DNA of 50,360 nucleotides, filler included, from Bipalium vagum (Eukaryota): assembly GCA_037834085.1 (NCBI GenBank). It is 3 parts of 3 records of this genome, joined end to end, with 100 filler letters (N's around TTAATTAATTAA, not from the genome) between each part and the next. Parts side by side here need not be neighbours in the genome. Positions count along the whole stretch, not along the records: positions 1 to 16,874 come from JBBMKC010089008.1; positions 16,975 to 33,551 come from JBBMKC010090415.1; 1 more part is not named here. One strand, 5' to 3'. Positions within the stretch are counted from its first letter, which is position 1. Every line of letters starts with the position of its first letter. Below the pieces are notes generated by a model that saw only the letters and a program-made list of their open reading frames with translations, searched no databases and was not told the DNA's origin. A program made the translations under genes and the position numbers. Positions 10,901 through 23,099 of the stretch are shown here, in pieces.

Positions 10901-11379
10901 TATAAAAGATACAACTATCAATTTCACAATAAATTGTTCATCTTATTAACAAAAACAGGGTGATAAAATATTAAACAGGAAGATAAAATATTATAACTTT
11001 TATAATTGTGAAGACTCCCACAATAAACATTTATATTTTAGTGATCCAATAAAAACACAAATGTCTTTTTTTGTAAATTTCTATATTGTGAAATTAAAAC
11101 TGTCAAAGAAAATTATTAGTTTAATATTTTAATAAAATTCTATTATTTTATTATTATTAATAATTATTATTATAGTAATATGAAAAAACAAGGAAAATAT
11201 AAAAAAATAAGGAATTATTAAAAATAGATAATATGAACTACTATTTATAGAAAAGAATAAAAGTAAAACAATAAGGATTTCTAAAAATAGAAATTTAACA
11301 AAATAAATTTTTAAATATGTTAAGGTTTTGGAATAATAATAATAATAATATTTTTAAAAATAATTTTTAGATTTTTCTC

Positions 11380-12207
11380 TGACACAATCCCGCTGTGGGG
11401 ATTTTTCGGCAGATTAGTTAATGGATTCCCTGACAGGATCCATTAGCCTTGATAAGACTATCTCGGCGTAGAAATAGTTAATGGCTATTAGGGAAAATAG
11501 CCGTCTCTAAGCGTAACTATAAAAGGAGACGTTAATGGCAGAGTCCCCAAAAGAAAATAAAAAGAAAATTCAATTCAAGAATATTCCATTTGCGCCGAAG
11601 ACGATTCAAGGAGATTCTATTTGCGCCGAAGACGTATCAAGGAGATTTCGTTTTACCAAAAACGTTGCAAAAATATTTTCGCAGAAGACTGTACCAGGAT
11701 ATTGGCCGAGGATGATTTCAGTAATTATTTCTCTCAAGACTACGATTATGCAGCCGGATTTTACAAGGGGACCCAGCGACCTTGGGAACCTCTAGGTGAC
11801 CTGAGAAGGGCCTAGAGGGTGACTCGGGGACCCCTTGTCGCTCTTGGTGAGACCGATCCATTTAATTATTTTGTTTTCGTTATTAAATTATTATTATTAA
11901 TTATTGATTTGATTATATTTTTCTTTAGTATTAACGTTGTCATTGAACTTGGTTTTATTTCATTTTATTCGTTGATAAAGTTTCGGTTTTAATTTGAATT
12001 GATTTAGAAGTTGTAATTGTTGTGTTAGAGCGAATAAAGTTTTATTTTAAGTATTTTAAATTAGTTCTTAAGGGTGCGGATACAGTATTGTGGAGTGTGT
12101 TTTGATTCGAAAAGGTTGAGAGGAATTATGGACACAACGATTTATAAAAAGTAAGGAGTCACGTGCACACGAGCACAGGATCACACGTTCTAAGTATAAT
12201 AGTAACA
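11380..12207 (+). repeat. LTR-like interspersed repeat, copy A (related to 34080-34830)
   Basis: Starts TGACAC and ends GTAACA; TATAAAA at 11518; AATAAA at ~12033; internal ~30-bp direct repeat (atttgcgccgaagacg). Shares colinear blocks with copy B. No TSD found. Confidence 0.55.
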
Positions 12208-12999
12208 AATAGGAAATATAAGTTTATAAAAATAAAAATCAGATAAAAAAATTATGTATTTAAACGAGAAAGAGTCAGAAAAACGAACGAAAAATCAAAG
12301 GACAAACGAAAGGCAAAGAACAAATATAGCACCAAAGAATTCAAAGAAGTTTTCATTTGACGTCACGAGACGTAACCAGATACTAGCAACCATGTATTAA
12401 TCTGGATATAGATAGTATATGAACTTCTACAACGAGGAAAACGAAGAACGTCTATTGAACACAATAAAACGGAGATCATCTATTTAACCTTAGAAAACGG
12501 AAAATTGCCTTTCAAGAGAAAAGAATGTACATTAGCACGAGGAAATCATCTATTGCATTAATTAAAAATAATTCTTAGGGTTATTATCATTATATAAATA
12601 TTAATAAAATTCTGTTTGAATTTCAACAAAAATTTGATTATAAATAAAATAAATTATTATTGATAACAATCAATCTTTACCGACTGTTCTAATTAAATTA
12701 TCTCTTAAATAAGTCCTCGATCTTAGTCCAGAATTAAATAATTTTTGTTATTCCTTCTTCTTTTTTACTGTTCATAGTTTACACAGTTGCTAGCTGAAAA
12801 ATATTATCAAAAATTATCTTACTAAACTAAGTTTGTACATAAAAATATCTGAACTTTTTTTAATTAAATAATAATTGTAGAAAGATTTTTATTGAAAGAA
12901 ATTATCAATAAATATTTTAAATCTAAGTATTCTCTCAATTAATATCTTGTTCGTTTCAGTTTTATATTGTGATAGTAAAGTTCACTTGTGTTTTGAGCG

Positions 13000-13060
13000 T
13001 TCATCCGTAAATCCTTCTGATCATAGTTATTTTGTTGAGCTATCTAAAAGGCCTTAAATC
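13000..13060 (+). repeat. Interspersed repeat fragment shared with 33652-33712
   Basis: catccgtaaatccttctga...ttgttgagctatctaaaag vs catccgtaattccttctga...ttgttaagtgacctaaaag. Confidence 0.5.
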
Positions 13061-16005
13061 GATTTTCATAACTTTATTAACAACAAAAATACTAGACAAA
13101 TTCATCTTCGCTAGCAAAAAACCACTTTCAGCCAGCATGTGAACCATTGGCCGAGATGAGCAACAGAATTAATTGGGCTCATCAAAATAATTTTGATATT
13201 TCAAAAAAATATTGAATTATTTCAAACTTGTTTTAAATGAATTGTAAAACTAATTTCTTCATTATTAAAATCACTTCATTTTTATCATAGATTATTTTAA
13301 ATTTTATTTCATTTTTTGTTTTTTTCAATTATGGAATAATAATTTAGAAATTTAAAATTTTGACTTTGAAAACAAAATTTTTTTGCTTTTAGGAATTAAA
13401 ATTTTTGTAATTTTGAGTTTATTGAAATCAGTTTTGTAAAAATTTTAATTAATATTTATAAAAAAAATTTTATAAATTAAATGTTTTAAATATTATTTTC
13501 TATGTTACTGAATAATTTTTCCTATTATATTCATTTAAATTCGCCGAAGGCTCAAAAGACGAAGTCGAATTTTTATAATATTTTATAGATTAAAATCTGT
13601 TAAATATTTTTATTTTATATATTTGAATATAAAATCACAAATTTCATACTTATATATTTTCGGAATTTCTTTATATTTTTATATATATTTTATATATTTT
13701 ATATATTTTTAAAATCATTTAAGATTTTTTTCTGATTTATTAAATTTTTTAAAAATATATATATTACAATCATCACGAAAGAATTCATATTTCTTTTTAT
13801 TAATCATTTTAGCACTCATTTTATATCCCATTTTTAGAAATTAAAAGTTTATTACGTCAAAATTTGTTGTTAATTGGAAATAAGTTTTTTTATTTTTAGT
13901 CATTACAGTTTTTTAACTTGAGTTTTTTATAATATTGATTAAATTCTTTAAAATATTTTTTTAAAAATTTTATCATTTTATATTTGAAAATTGTATATAT
14001 ATATATATATATATATGTTAAATATTTTACAACTTCTACATTTAAAAAGTTCGTCTCTTGAAAATAAAGAAATCTTTTACATGTAGACTTTCTCTATAAA
14101 TTCTACATTAATTTTTAATAACAAAATTCACATTTTTGTATTTTATGAATTTGCTTTATTGCTTCTAAATGCTTTTTGGATTTCATATGTTCTATTATAT
14201 AACTTTTTGAAAAATATTTATTACAATCATCGCAATTAAAATTTTTGTTTATTTTCATTTTATTTATTTTAAGTCCTTAAAAGAAATAATGACAAAACTT
14301 GACGGAGATGACCAAGAAGAATTATCAGTAGGTATATAAAAGGCCAAAGTAATAAGGTTTCAATGCAAAATAGACTGAGAGACATGCATACCTCGAAAGA
14401 TGTACGAATCATTACGAGAAATATTATTATCAATTGGCACAAGGAAGATATCATTTAAGCACTTTTTGAAAATTCTTTTCAGGACGGAAACTAAAAATGT
14501 GGAGAAATGTGGGGATCCAAGAGGAAAAAAAGAAATCAATACTACATGCAAATCTGTAAAAGTTAAAATTATAAACTACTGTAAATAGTTTTCTGACATT
14601 AGCATAAACTATTTTGAGTTTGAGTATTATGAATTAATTTGATATATTGTTATTTTAAAGTATACTTTGAATTTGTAAAACTTTGTAAATTAGTGAAATA
14701 AAATTTATTATAAAAGAACTCGTCTTAGTTTTATTTTTTTTTGAAAATGTCATCAGTGCACTTCAAGAATTTGGAGTCATAAAATAAAGTGTAAACTTAG
14801 ACACCTTCAAACCAAACAATTAAATAAGAGATTTCTTTCTATATACTATTTATATTAATTTCGTTAAGAATTGATTTCACTTCATGATGACGTATATAAT
14901 TCACATATTTGACATTTACAACATTATTATTATTATTTGAATCTTTAATATTTATTATAAAATAACTGTTCATATACATAATTCCTTTCACCACTAACAT
15001 ACAAATTTATTTTCTAATTCATTTCTAACAAAATCAATTTCTTTCACTTCAAATTTATCATTATTATTAATATATAGATAACATGGTTTTGAATTGGAGT
15101 TTGAATCATTTTTATAAATTATTATGTGTTGAATAATAAGTTAAATATTCTTAATTTTTATACATTTTTAAAAATTTTAACTTATTTTTAAAATGTTTTC
15201 TAATTTCTCTTTACTATAAAGTTTCCTGAAAAGGAATGTTAAATAATTTGGAGAAGGATTTGAAGAATATTGATTTACATTCATATTAGTCGTGATTTGA
15301 TTTTGGAAATAAGTAAATTAAACAAACACAATTATATGATTTAATTTTATACTTGAGTTTTCTGTAACTCATTTTCATAAAATCTAGTCAGAATTTTTTC
15401 TATATAAATATATAATTTCTATTCTATTAAGTAGCCTTATTATATGTTATCGGATTTCACAGGATATTACAATAGGTCTTGAGCTGTTGAGTCTTTTATA
15501 GGCGAACCTATAGTGGACCTATTGTTCACGGTTGAATCAGTCTATTTCTTGATTTTTTAATTTCCTTTTAATGATCATTTTGCTTTTCTTAATTCATTAT
15601 AAATTATATTTACCTATTCTATTATTTGATGTTATTTAAGTCAGTATTCGATTCATTGGTTTTCTCATTATTTATTAATGATTTTATTTCGTCGAATCTT
15701 CATTAATTTTTTTAGCATTTGCTAACTTAAACGTAATTATTATGGATTATAAACATTTATTAATATTATTATTATAAGATTATTGATAAATAAATAAACC
15801 AATATCCAGTAGACAGTTTCGTCAATATTTTGATTTACTCATAGGACTATTGTAAAATCTAACCATATAAAAGATTTTGGAATCAGATTAAGCATAGTTG
15901 GTTAATATTTTATTATTAACGAGTGTGTAGAAACTCCCTCAATCAATGACAATAAAATAAACAACTCATTCAACGTCAATTAAACCAGCGCCAATAGTTC
16001 TCAAG

Positions 16006-16095
16006 TTGTCAAAATAACAATGACATTTTGTGTAATATTCCTTAATGATTTGTCAAAAAAGAAACAATGACATTTTGTGTTATATCCTTTAATGA
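16006..16095. repeat. Imperfect ~45-bp tandem duplication
   Basis: ttgtcaaaa..acaatgacattttgtgt.atat.c.ttaatgat occurs twice in succession. Confidence 0.75.
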
Positions 16096-16874
16096 TAATA
16101 TTTGTATGATAATATATGTGCATGTAAAAATGTCTTATTTGTGTTTTTAGATTATTAATAAAAATTTTCTAATTATCTGTAAATCGCCCTTGATAGATAA
16201 ATTAATTAATTAATAATAAATAAATAAAAGATCATATATATTTGTATATTGTTAAAAAAAATTTTTTAAAAAAGGCAAATGGAAATTACTAAGACATTAA
16301 AAAAAATAAAAGATAATAGCAGGCAAAAAAAATACCTAAATAGAAATAAAATAAGTAAAGACATAATAAAAATAAAGTTACTATTTTTAAAAAATCCAAG
16401 AAAAGTACGAGTAAAAAAAGGTAGGTCAGAAAATTAAGAAGGACTACAAAAAACTAAATAAAATCCAGGGCTTCGCAAGAAACAAGAACTTAATTAAAAA
16501 TCAAGTCATATTAAAAAGGATTTATTAAAAGTACTTCAATTCATAACAAGCCTGCAGATTGAAAAATTCAAAATAAACCTATAGATTGCAAAAAACCGGC
16601 TTTAATTCAGAAAAACCTGTGAAGGCTACTCCCAGACACAGACAAATCGAAAAACAATTGAGTATCAATCCGAACTTTAATAACCTTTGAACTTTACCCC
16701 CTTAATATAAATTCGAACTTGGTAAACTTTTTGATCTAAATTTTAATGTTATTCTTTTAATTTTTTTTGTGATCCCCAAACCCTTACTGTGTATAATTTT
16801 TATATTTTTGAATTTGTAAATGATTCGATTGTCAAATTCCGGAAAGAAAATAAATAAATTTCAATATAAGTATT

Positions 16875-16974
16875 NNNNNNNNNNNNNNNNNNNNNNNNNN
16901 NNNNNNNNNNNNNNNNNNTTAATTAATTAANNNNNNNNNNNNNNNNNNNNNNNNNNNNNNNNNNNNNNNNNNNN
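16875..16974. other. Artificial contig linker (44 N + TTAATTAATTAA + 44 N)
   Basis: Exactly 100 bp. The 12-mer gives stops in all six frames. An identical structure lies at 33552-33651. Confidence 0.97.
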
Positions 16975-17735
16975 TCAAAAATAAATCATTCTAATTCAAA
17001 AAAATATCAGATAAAATCGATTTATTTCATTGTACATTGTACTCGAACATAATCAATATATTACGAAATTAGGATGCTCATATTAATGGAGAATGTAATG
17101 TGACCCGTTTGCTAAAGGAAATGAAGAAATAGATAAATTAATTTATTAATATATAATGAAATTTCTGTCATCTTGACACAAAATAAATATTCAAATATAA
17201 TATCTATAAAATTATGATCTCATCAGAAATAATATATTAATAATGAAAATCCCCGAGCTTGCTGTTTTAAAATTAAAATATAAAAATATATTTTTCGTTG
17301 TCAGTCTTTATAAATGTCCTCCTTATCAGCTTTCAAAAGAATGTATTTCACTCGGAAAAGCTTCTTAATTAAAGAACTCGCAGATGTAGAAACAAATTAA
17401 CACTAATGAATAATTTTTGTAATTAATTACGAAAGGGGATAATTATCATTTTCGGATTTCTCATTGTACCCCATGTAAAACTATTCCAGTTTATTTACAT
17501 TTTCCTTCAGTATTCCTTAAGCTTTCTCTCTTACCTTCCAGTTCATATGTTATCATCTTTCAGTTCCGGTACATATAACCAAAAACTCTACTTCAATTCT
17601 TATTACCTTTCGGTCTTTTCAGTCCGTTCATTTCTTTTTATTTATATTTTAACCTACAGAATATTACTCAAATAGGAATTCTTCGAGTTTTGATTTTTTA
17701 TTTTTCTTTTAACGTTATTCAAATGTCTTTATGTA

Positions 17736-17737
<2 letters not shown>

Positions 17738-17783
<46 letters not shown>

Positions 17784-17784
17784 A
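17738..17784. repeat. (TA)n/(TG)n microsatellite
   Basis: Read directly from the sequence. Confidence 0.9.
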
Positions 17785-19089
17785 TAAATGTCTATATGTA
17801 TAAATATATAACTTCGGGAAATCGAGTTTTAAATCTTTGAGTTCTCTGTAAAATCTTCTGTTACATACTCTGTAAAAGACTAATCTCCATACGTTGACAA
17901 ATGTTCTTCTTTGATATTTTGGGATATCATTTCAATAATTTATTACTATCTCTTCTGCAATTTCACGGTTCTGTTTCCTGCAAGTTTGATCAATTCTTTC
18001 AGGAAAAGTTTAACCCTGTTATCAGAAACAGATGTCATTTCTCAGAGATAAAGTCTTTTGTTCTTTTAGAAATATGAGATTACCTTTCTTACTAAGAATT
18101 TTACAAAAAATATATATTTATTATTTTCCCATGTATCATAAAACGCTACATTTAACAATCCGGACAAAAAATTATTCGCCGTCCTTTTATCTTTGCTTGT
18201 GATGCTTAACTTAGCATAAATTAATTATTCATTTAATTTTATTAATTAAATTAATTAATGTTTGATAAAAATTATTCTCAATAATCAAGTGAAAAATTTC
18301 TCGATAAATTAGCGAATTCTGCAAAATCATTAAAACTCAAATTTCTTAATTTCACCTTCCACGCACGGCTTCCCCCGCACATGACGCCCATCAACGGTTT
18401 CTGGGACTGGAAAGTTGTTTTAATGAAGTATGTATCATTGTATATTTGTTTTACAAACCTTCCAGGTGCAAGGTATGGGAATTTCGATTTTCAGTCTGGT
18501 GTAACCAGATCCATTATTGATTGTATCATTAATATCATCTTCAACCAAACTTGACGCTGTACGGCAAAACGATTCTCTATAGTCCATCGATCATGCCCCA
18601 ATAGCGTAGTTTCAGTGGAAATTTCAAGACAATTAAAAATAAAAATAAAATAATTTGGATTCATTCCTCATTTCCTGCATTGAGAATTTTCCTTCCCAAA
18701 CACCAGCAGACATGTTGCGTATTTTTGCCCGCATACATTTCATTCTTCATAGTTCCAATGATGATGCACGGTTATATCTCTGCATTTGCTCATCGATTTT
18801 TAATTGTTTTCTAGTATATATTATATTTTTTATAATTACTGAATTTTGCCTTGAAAATAATTGAATTCGAATATAATTATGGAAAGATCTTTTGTTCATT
18901 ATTTTTATGATAATTCATGTAAAATTATGGTTCATCTCAAGTTGTGAAATTGTTGAGAATTTATCTCTTTACTTATTTCTATTTGAATTTACTTATACTT
19001 TTTATATTTTATTTTATACTTTCCTTTTTGCTGACAAATTTTATAATATTAAGAAATTGAGAAAAATCGAGTAAAACAAATAAAACACT

Positions 19090-19549
19090 GTGACATAATT
19101 TTCATCACCAATCCCAAAACATGCCACCTTCAATATCTTATCGTCAAAGAATTGCTAACCATTATACGATTTTCAATGTTGACTTCCGTCAGTTGGTGTG
19201 GTATCCACATTGTCCTTCCTTAAGAATCATTTTCACAGCATGAAGACGTTTGCTTATGGTTGCTAGAATGACATTTAAATGTTTTACAAGTTCGTTTTCT
19301 GTTTGAACTGAATTTTCCTTCAATAATGCTTTCAAGTATTTATCTTGAAATTTTTTAGTTGACCAGAACGTTCTTTACCACTAACATAAAAATCACAACT
19401 TTTGAATCGTTTAAACCAATTTTGGCTAGTCTGTTGTGTCCATAAGTTTCTTGAAGCACACAAGACCAATCAGCGGCCTATTTCTTTTGATTAAAACAAA
19501 ATAGTAATACTTCTCGTAAATGGAGCTTTGATGATGTAAACTTTGACAT
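19090..19549 (-). mobile_element. Mariner (mauritiana-like) 5' transposase fragment
   Basis: MSKFTSSKLHLREVLLFCFNQKK...NWFKRFKSCDF...ERSG...TISKRLH...WIPHQLTE, with stops and frameshifts. Confidence 0.85.
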
Positions 19550-20758
19550 AGTTGAAAACAAAAGAAAACAAAATTCACGAATATTGATATATTTAATTTT
19601 AATATAAAATATCAATAATTTAAAAAGATTTATTTATCATTCTAAAAGAATATGTAGTGCAAAAATTATACTATCTCTTAGAAAATGCAAAAAAATAAAT
19701 TATAAACCAAATATTTAAAAATACTTTTATTTTTATTTTTTTAATATTATGCATGAACCTAAATTATAAAATGTAAAAAATATGTAATATTTTCTTATAT
19801 TATTTTTTTAAAAATACCTTATAAATTATAAGTTATAATATATATTTCCTTTAGAAAAAGATAAATTGAAAACCTAAGCAGCAAAATACATTTTTATCGA
19901 AAATTATTATCAAATTACACAGGAAAACATAATAAAAACTAAACAATAATATAATTTATGATAAAAAGTATTCATCCCTGAAATAAAAGCATTGGATAGA
20001 ACAACCCCATTGAATAAAAAAAATGAAATTTGGTACATTAAAAAATAAAGGGTGAAATCGATTTTGTAGTGCATTGTAAAGGGAATTTCACTTGAAAAAT
20101 TTTTCGACTTTTAGATAGAAGGCATTGTAAAATACTAATTTAACAAATTTCTCAAATTCTTCAAATCTGATTTCTTGTTTCAAGCAAGCAAATTACTTTT
20201 TTAATGCATCAACTCAGACAATTTATATTTTTCCCAAGCACGAAGACCAGAATTTAATAATATCAGAAAATGTTTTTCATAAAGTTAATTATAAAATGAA
20301 AATTGAAACGTTTCCAAAATTTGTAAATTATTAATGAAAATAATACATATATGTATATAATATTAATATATGACCTTGAAATAGTACAGATCTCGAATAA
20401 TGTTGAGAAAAATTTTCTTGGATTCCACTTTAAAATTATAATATGCTCTCTTAATCAATATTGATAATGGCTTAGTAATGTCTCTTGATCAAATCTGTAG
20501 ATTTTATAATCAGTTATATTATTTTATTTATATTTTTTCCAATAAATAAAATGAATTTATTTTCAGGAGAATTCGGTTTCGTGAAATATTATATATATAT
20601 CGATCATATTTCACAAAGAAAATTGAAATACAGAATGATCTCATAATACATAAACAATTTTGATAAAATATTTTTATAATTTTATAAAGAATATGTTTCC
20701 CTTTCGAACCCCTACTTTAAAAGGACGATAATCTAAACAATTTTCTTAACATTACGTC

Positions 20759-21400
20759 CAGTCTACTCTCGTTATAATGAACTCGCGTTAACAGCTAAAA
20801 ACGTTTATTATATATATAGCTGACCTTTTCATTACACAAATATGTTACGTACTCATAATTAAGTTAAAATCATTCAAAACGAAATTCTTTATTAATTTAT
20901 ATCGGAGAAACATTTTATTATCGCTTGTTTCTGTTACTGTTTTCGAAGTGCGTTAATAAAATTCTCAATTTATGCAACGAGATAAATATGTCATCAGGAA
21001 CCAGTGGTTTGTCACCAATATAAGACGGTAATGTTTCAACAGCTTGAATGCGTCAGTTAAAGATGCCTGAACTTCTGAAGACTCTTCTTCTGAATCTAAC
21101 TGACATTGTAACAGTAAAATCTTGCACAAGATCGTCTTCGGTTGGCATAAACGACACATAAAGCTGTTCATCAAATGTAGGTTAGCCGTGGATATCAAAA
21201 TCTAGCAAATGTAAATCAGCAATAAACGATTCCGGTTCGTCATTATCTACATGAATTAAATTTGAATCATATGAATTCGAAAATCGACATCTTGCCAAAC
21301 TATTTCTGATACAATTTCAATCCAATCTTTACATACTGACACCCATGCACCATAAATGAAATATATTGTTTTCCTTATATTACGCGATTCTACACTTATA
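20759..21400 (-). mobile_element. pogo/Tigger-like 3' remnant with terminal repeat
   Basis: CAGTCTACTCTCGTTATAA..AACTCG Tigger-type terminus at 20759. The minus strand reads AW..V...I.NC and an acidic tail (DEQL....TEDDLVQ...DSEEESSE) typical of Tigger C-termini. Confidence 0.55.
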
Positions 21401-23028
21401 CATTTCATTGATTAAAACACGAAGCCATCGCTTTCTGTAATGTATATTAAAATGAAGAAATTTTTTTCCTATTAAATAATTCTTTTCGAAACTAATGAAA
21501 TTATTTATATATTAAAATTAAATTTAACTGAGTCTCTTGGCTTAATTTGGAAAATGAGCTATATTTTTTAGAACCAGAATTGTAATATGAAAAATATTTC
21601 AATAAATTATTTGAGAATTTTATAAATAATTTCAGAAATTATGTGAAAAATTAATGAAAATTTCAATTTGAACATAATAATATAAAAAGATGCCCCAATC
21701 CAAATGAAAAGTATTTAATAAAGTGGAAAATGTAAATTCAAAGACTGTAAAATTGTGTATCTCATTAATATTGTATTCTCAGTTGTAGACATTTTTCAAT
21801 TTTTCAGATTGTATTTAAAATTTTTTATTAATGATAAAAAATGATTATTAATAATATTAAATAATTTTTTTTTAAAAAAATTTCCTTTTAAGCTACGTAT
21901 TTTGCTTGATGAGAAAGCAATTCTATTCATTAATTTATTGAGATTTTTATAAATTCAACTTATTCTTCAAATGCCTCATTGTTTTAACTGAACTGTTTAA
22001 TATTGATGTTTTTAATTTATTTTTTATTAAAATCAAGACTTATGAAATAACAATTAATGTTATATATATATATTAAGTACGTTTTGCTTGAACTTTTGAT
22101 ATCCATCTTTACAAAATATTAATTAAATCTTCATTGTTATGGTGAATAATAAATATAGTACAAGTATTGATTTTTTCAAAATTGATTTTAATTTTTTTAT
22201 TATTTTTCAATTAAATTTAAATAGCCAAATCACATAATTTTTCAAATAGGTCTATCAAAAATTGCCTTTTGCCCGAGTCCAATCTGGATCTCAGGGATCC
22301 GTAGAATTGTAAAACATATTTTAATGCAAGACAATAAAAGTTCAAATAAAAAGAATAACTTGGAAAATTGACTGAAGTCTTGAAAACCACCATAAAAAGT
22401 GAGAGCCCATCAGCAGTAAATTAAAGAAATTGTAGAAAACTTGATGAAAGATAATTGAAAATCAACTTTGAAAATTATTTTCTTACTTTATTTCATCTGT
22501 AAAGATCGAAACAAATGAGGAAATTATAGAAATAAAAGGGATAATAAATGATTGGAAAAAAATATAACGATTATTCCGAAGAAGGCAAACAGGAAATGTG
22601 TAAATTAAATTAAGAGGAAATTTTGCCAAATAGGCAGTTTGATTGAATAATGATACTTAAGAGCCCACTATAGAGTGAAATTAGCAGAAACAAAAAGGAG
22701 CCCACATAGAATTTATTGGAGAAAATTGAGGAGAAATGATAACAGGGGACATCAGTCGATAGTGATATTCTATGGAAGCGAATATGAGCCACCATTTCTT
22801 CAAAGATCAATTTACAAAACTTAATTCATCAAATATTCTTCAGGTGAATTTATAAAGTTTGAATCCATCTATTCTCCTATCAATTATCATCACCATGATT
22901 TTTTTGTTGTATAAAATAATTATCCATATTAATGATAGGTATATTTAGGTCAAAAGAGAATAAAATAGAAAAATTATTCCTTATGTTCATCTTTCTCTAC
23001 AAATGTCTGAAAAATATTCAATATTTAA

Positions 23029-23029
<1 letters not shown>

Positions 23030-23097
<68 letters not shown>
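23030..23097. repeat. (TTA)n microsatellite
   Basis: Read directly; it accounts for the poly-Leu of ORF 22932..23123. Confidence 0.95.

Positions 23098-23099
<2 letters not shown>

Noticed and set aside
11535-11815. ORFs inside the LTR-like repeats (also 34169..34537)
   Set aside because: Not conserved as protein between the two copies; by-products of internal short repeats.
12230-12560. Possible gag/pol remnant after LTR-like copy A
   Set aside because: Purine-rich and coding-like, but I found no diagnostic motif or primer-binding site.
16919-16930. TTAATTAATTAA palindrome as a biological motif
   Set aside because: It is centred in N runs twice with identical geometry; an assembly spacer.
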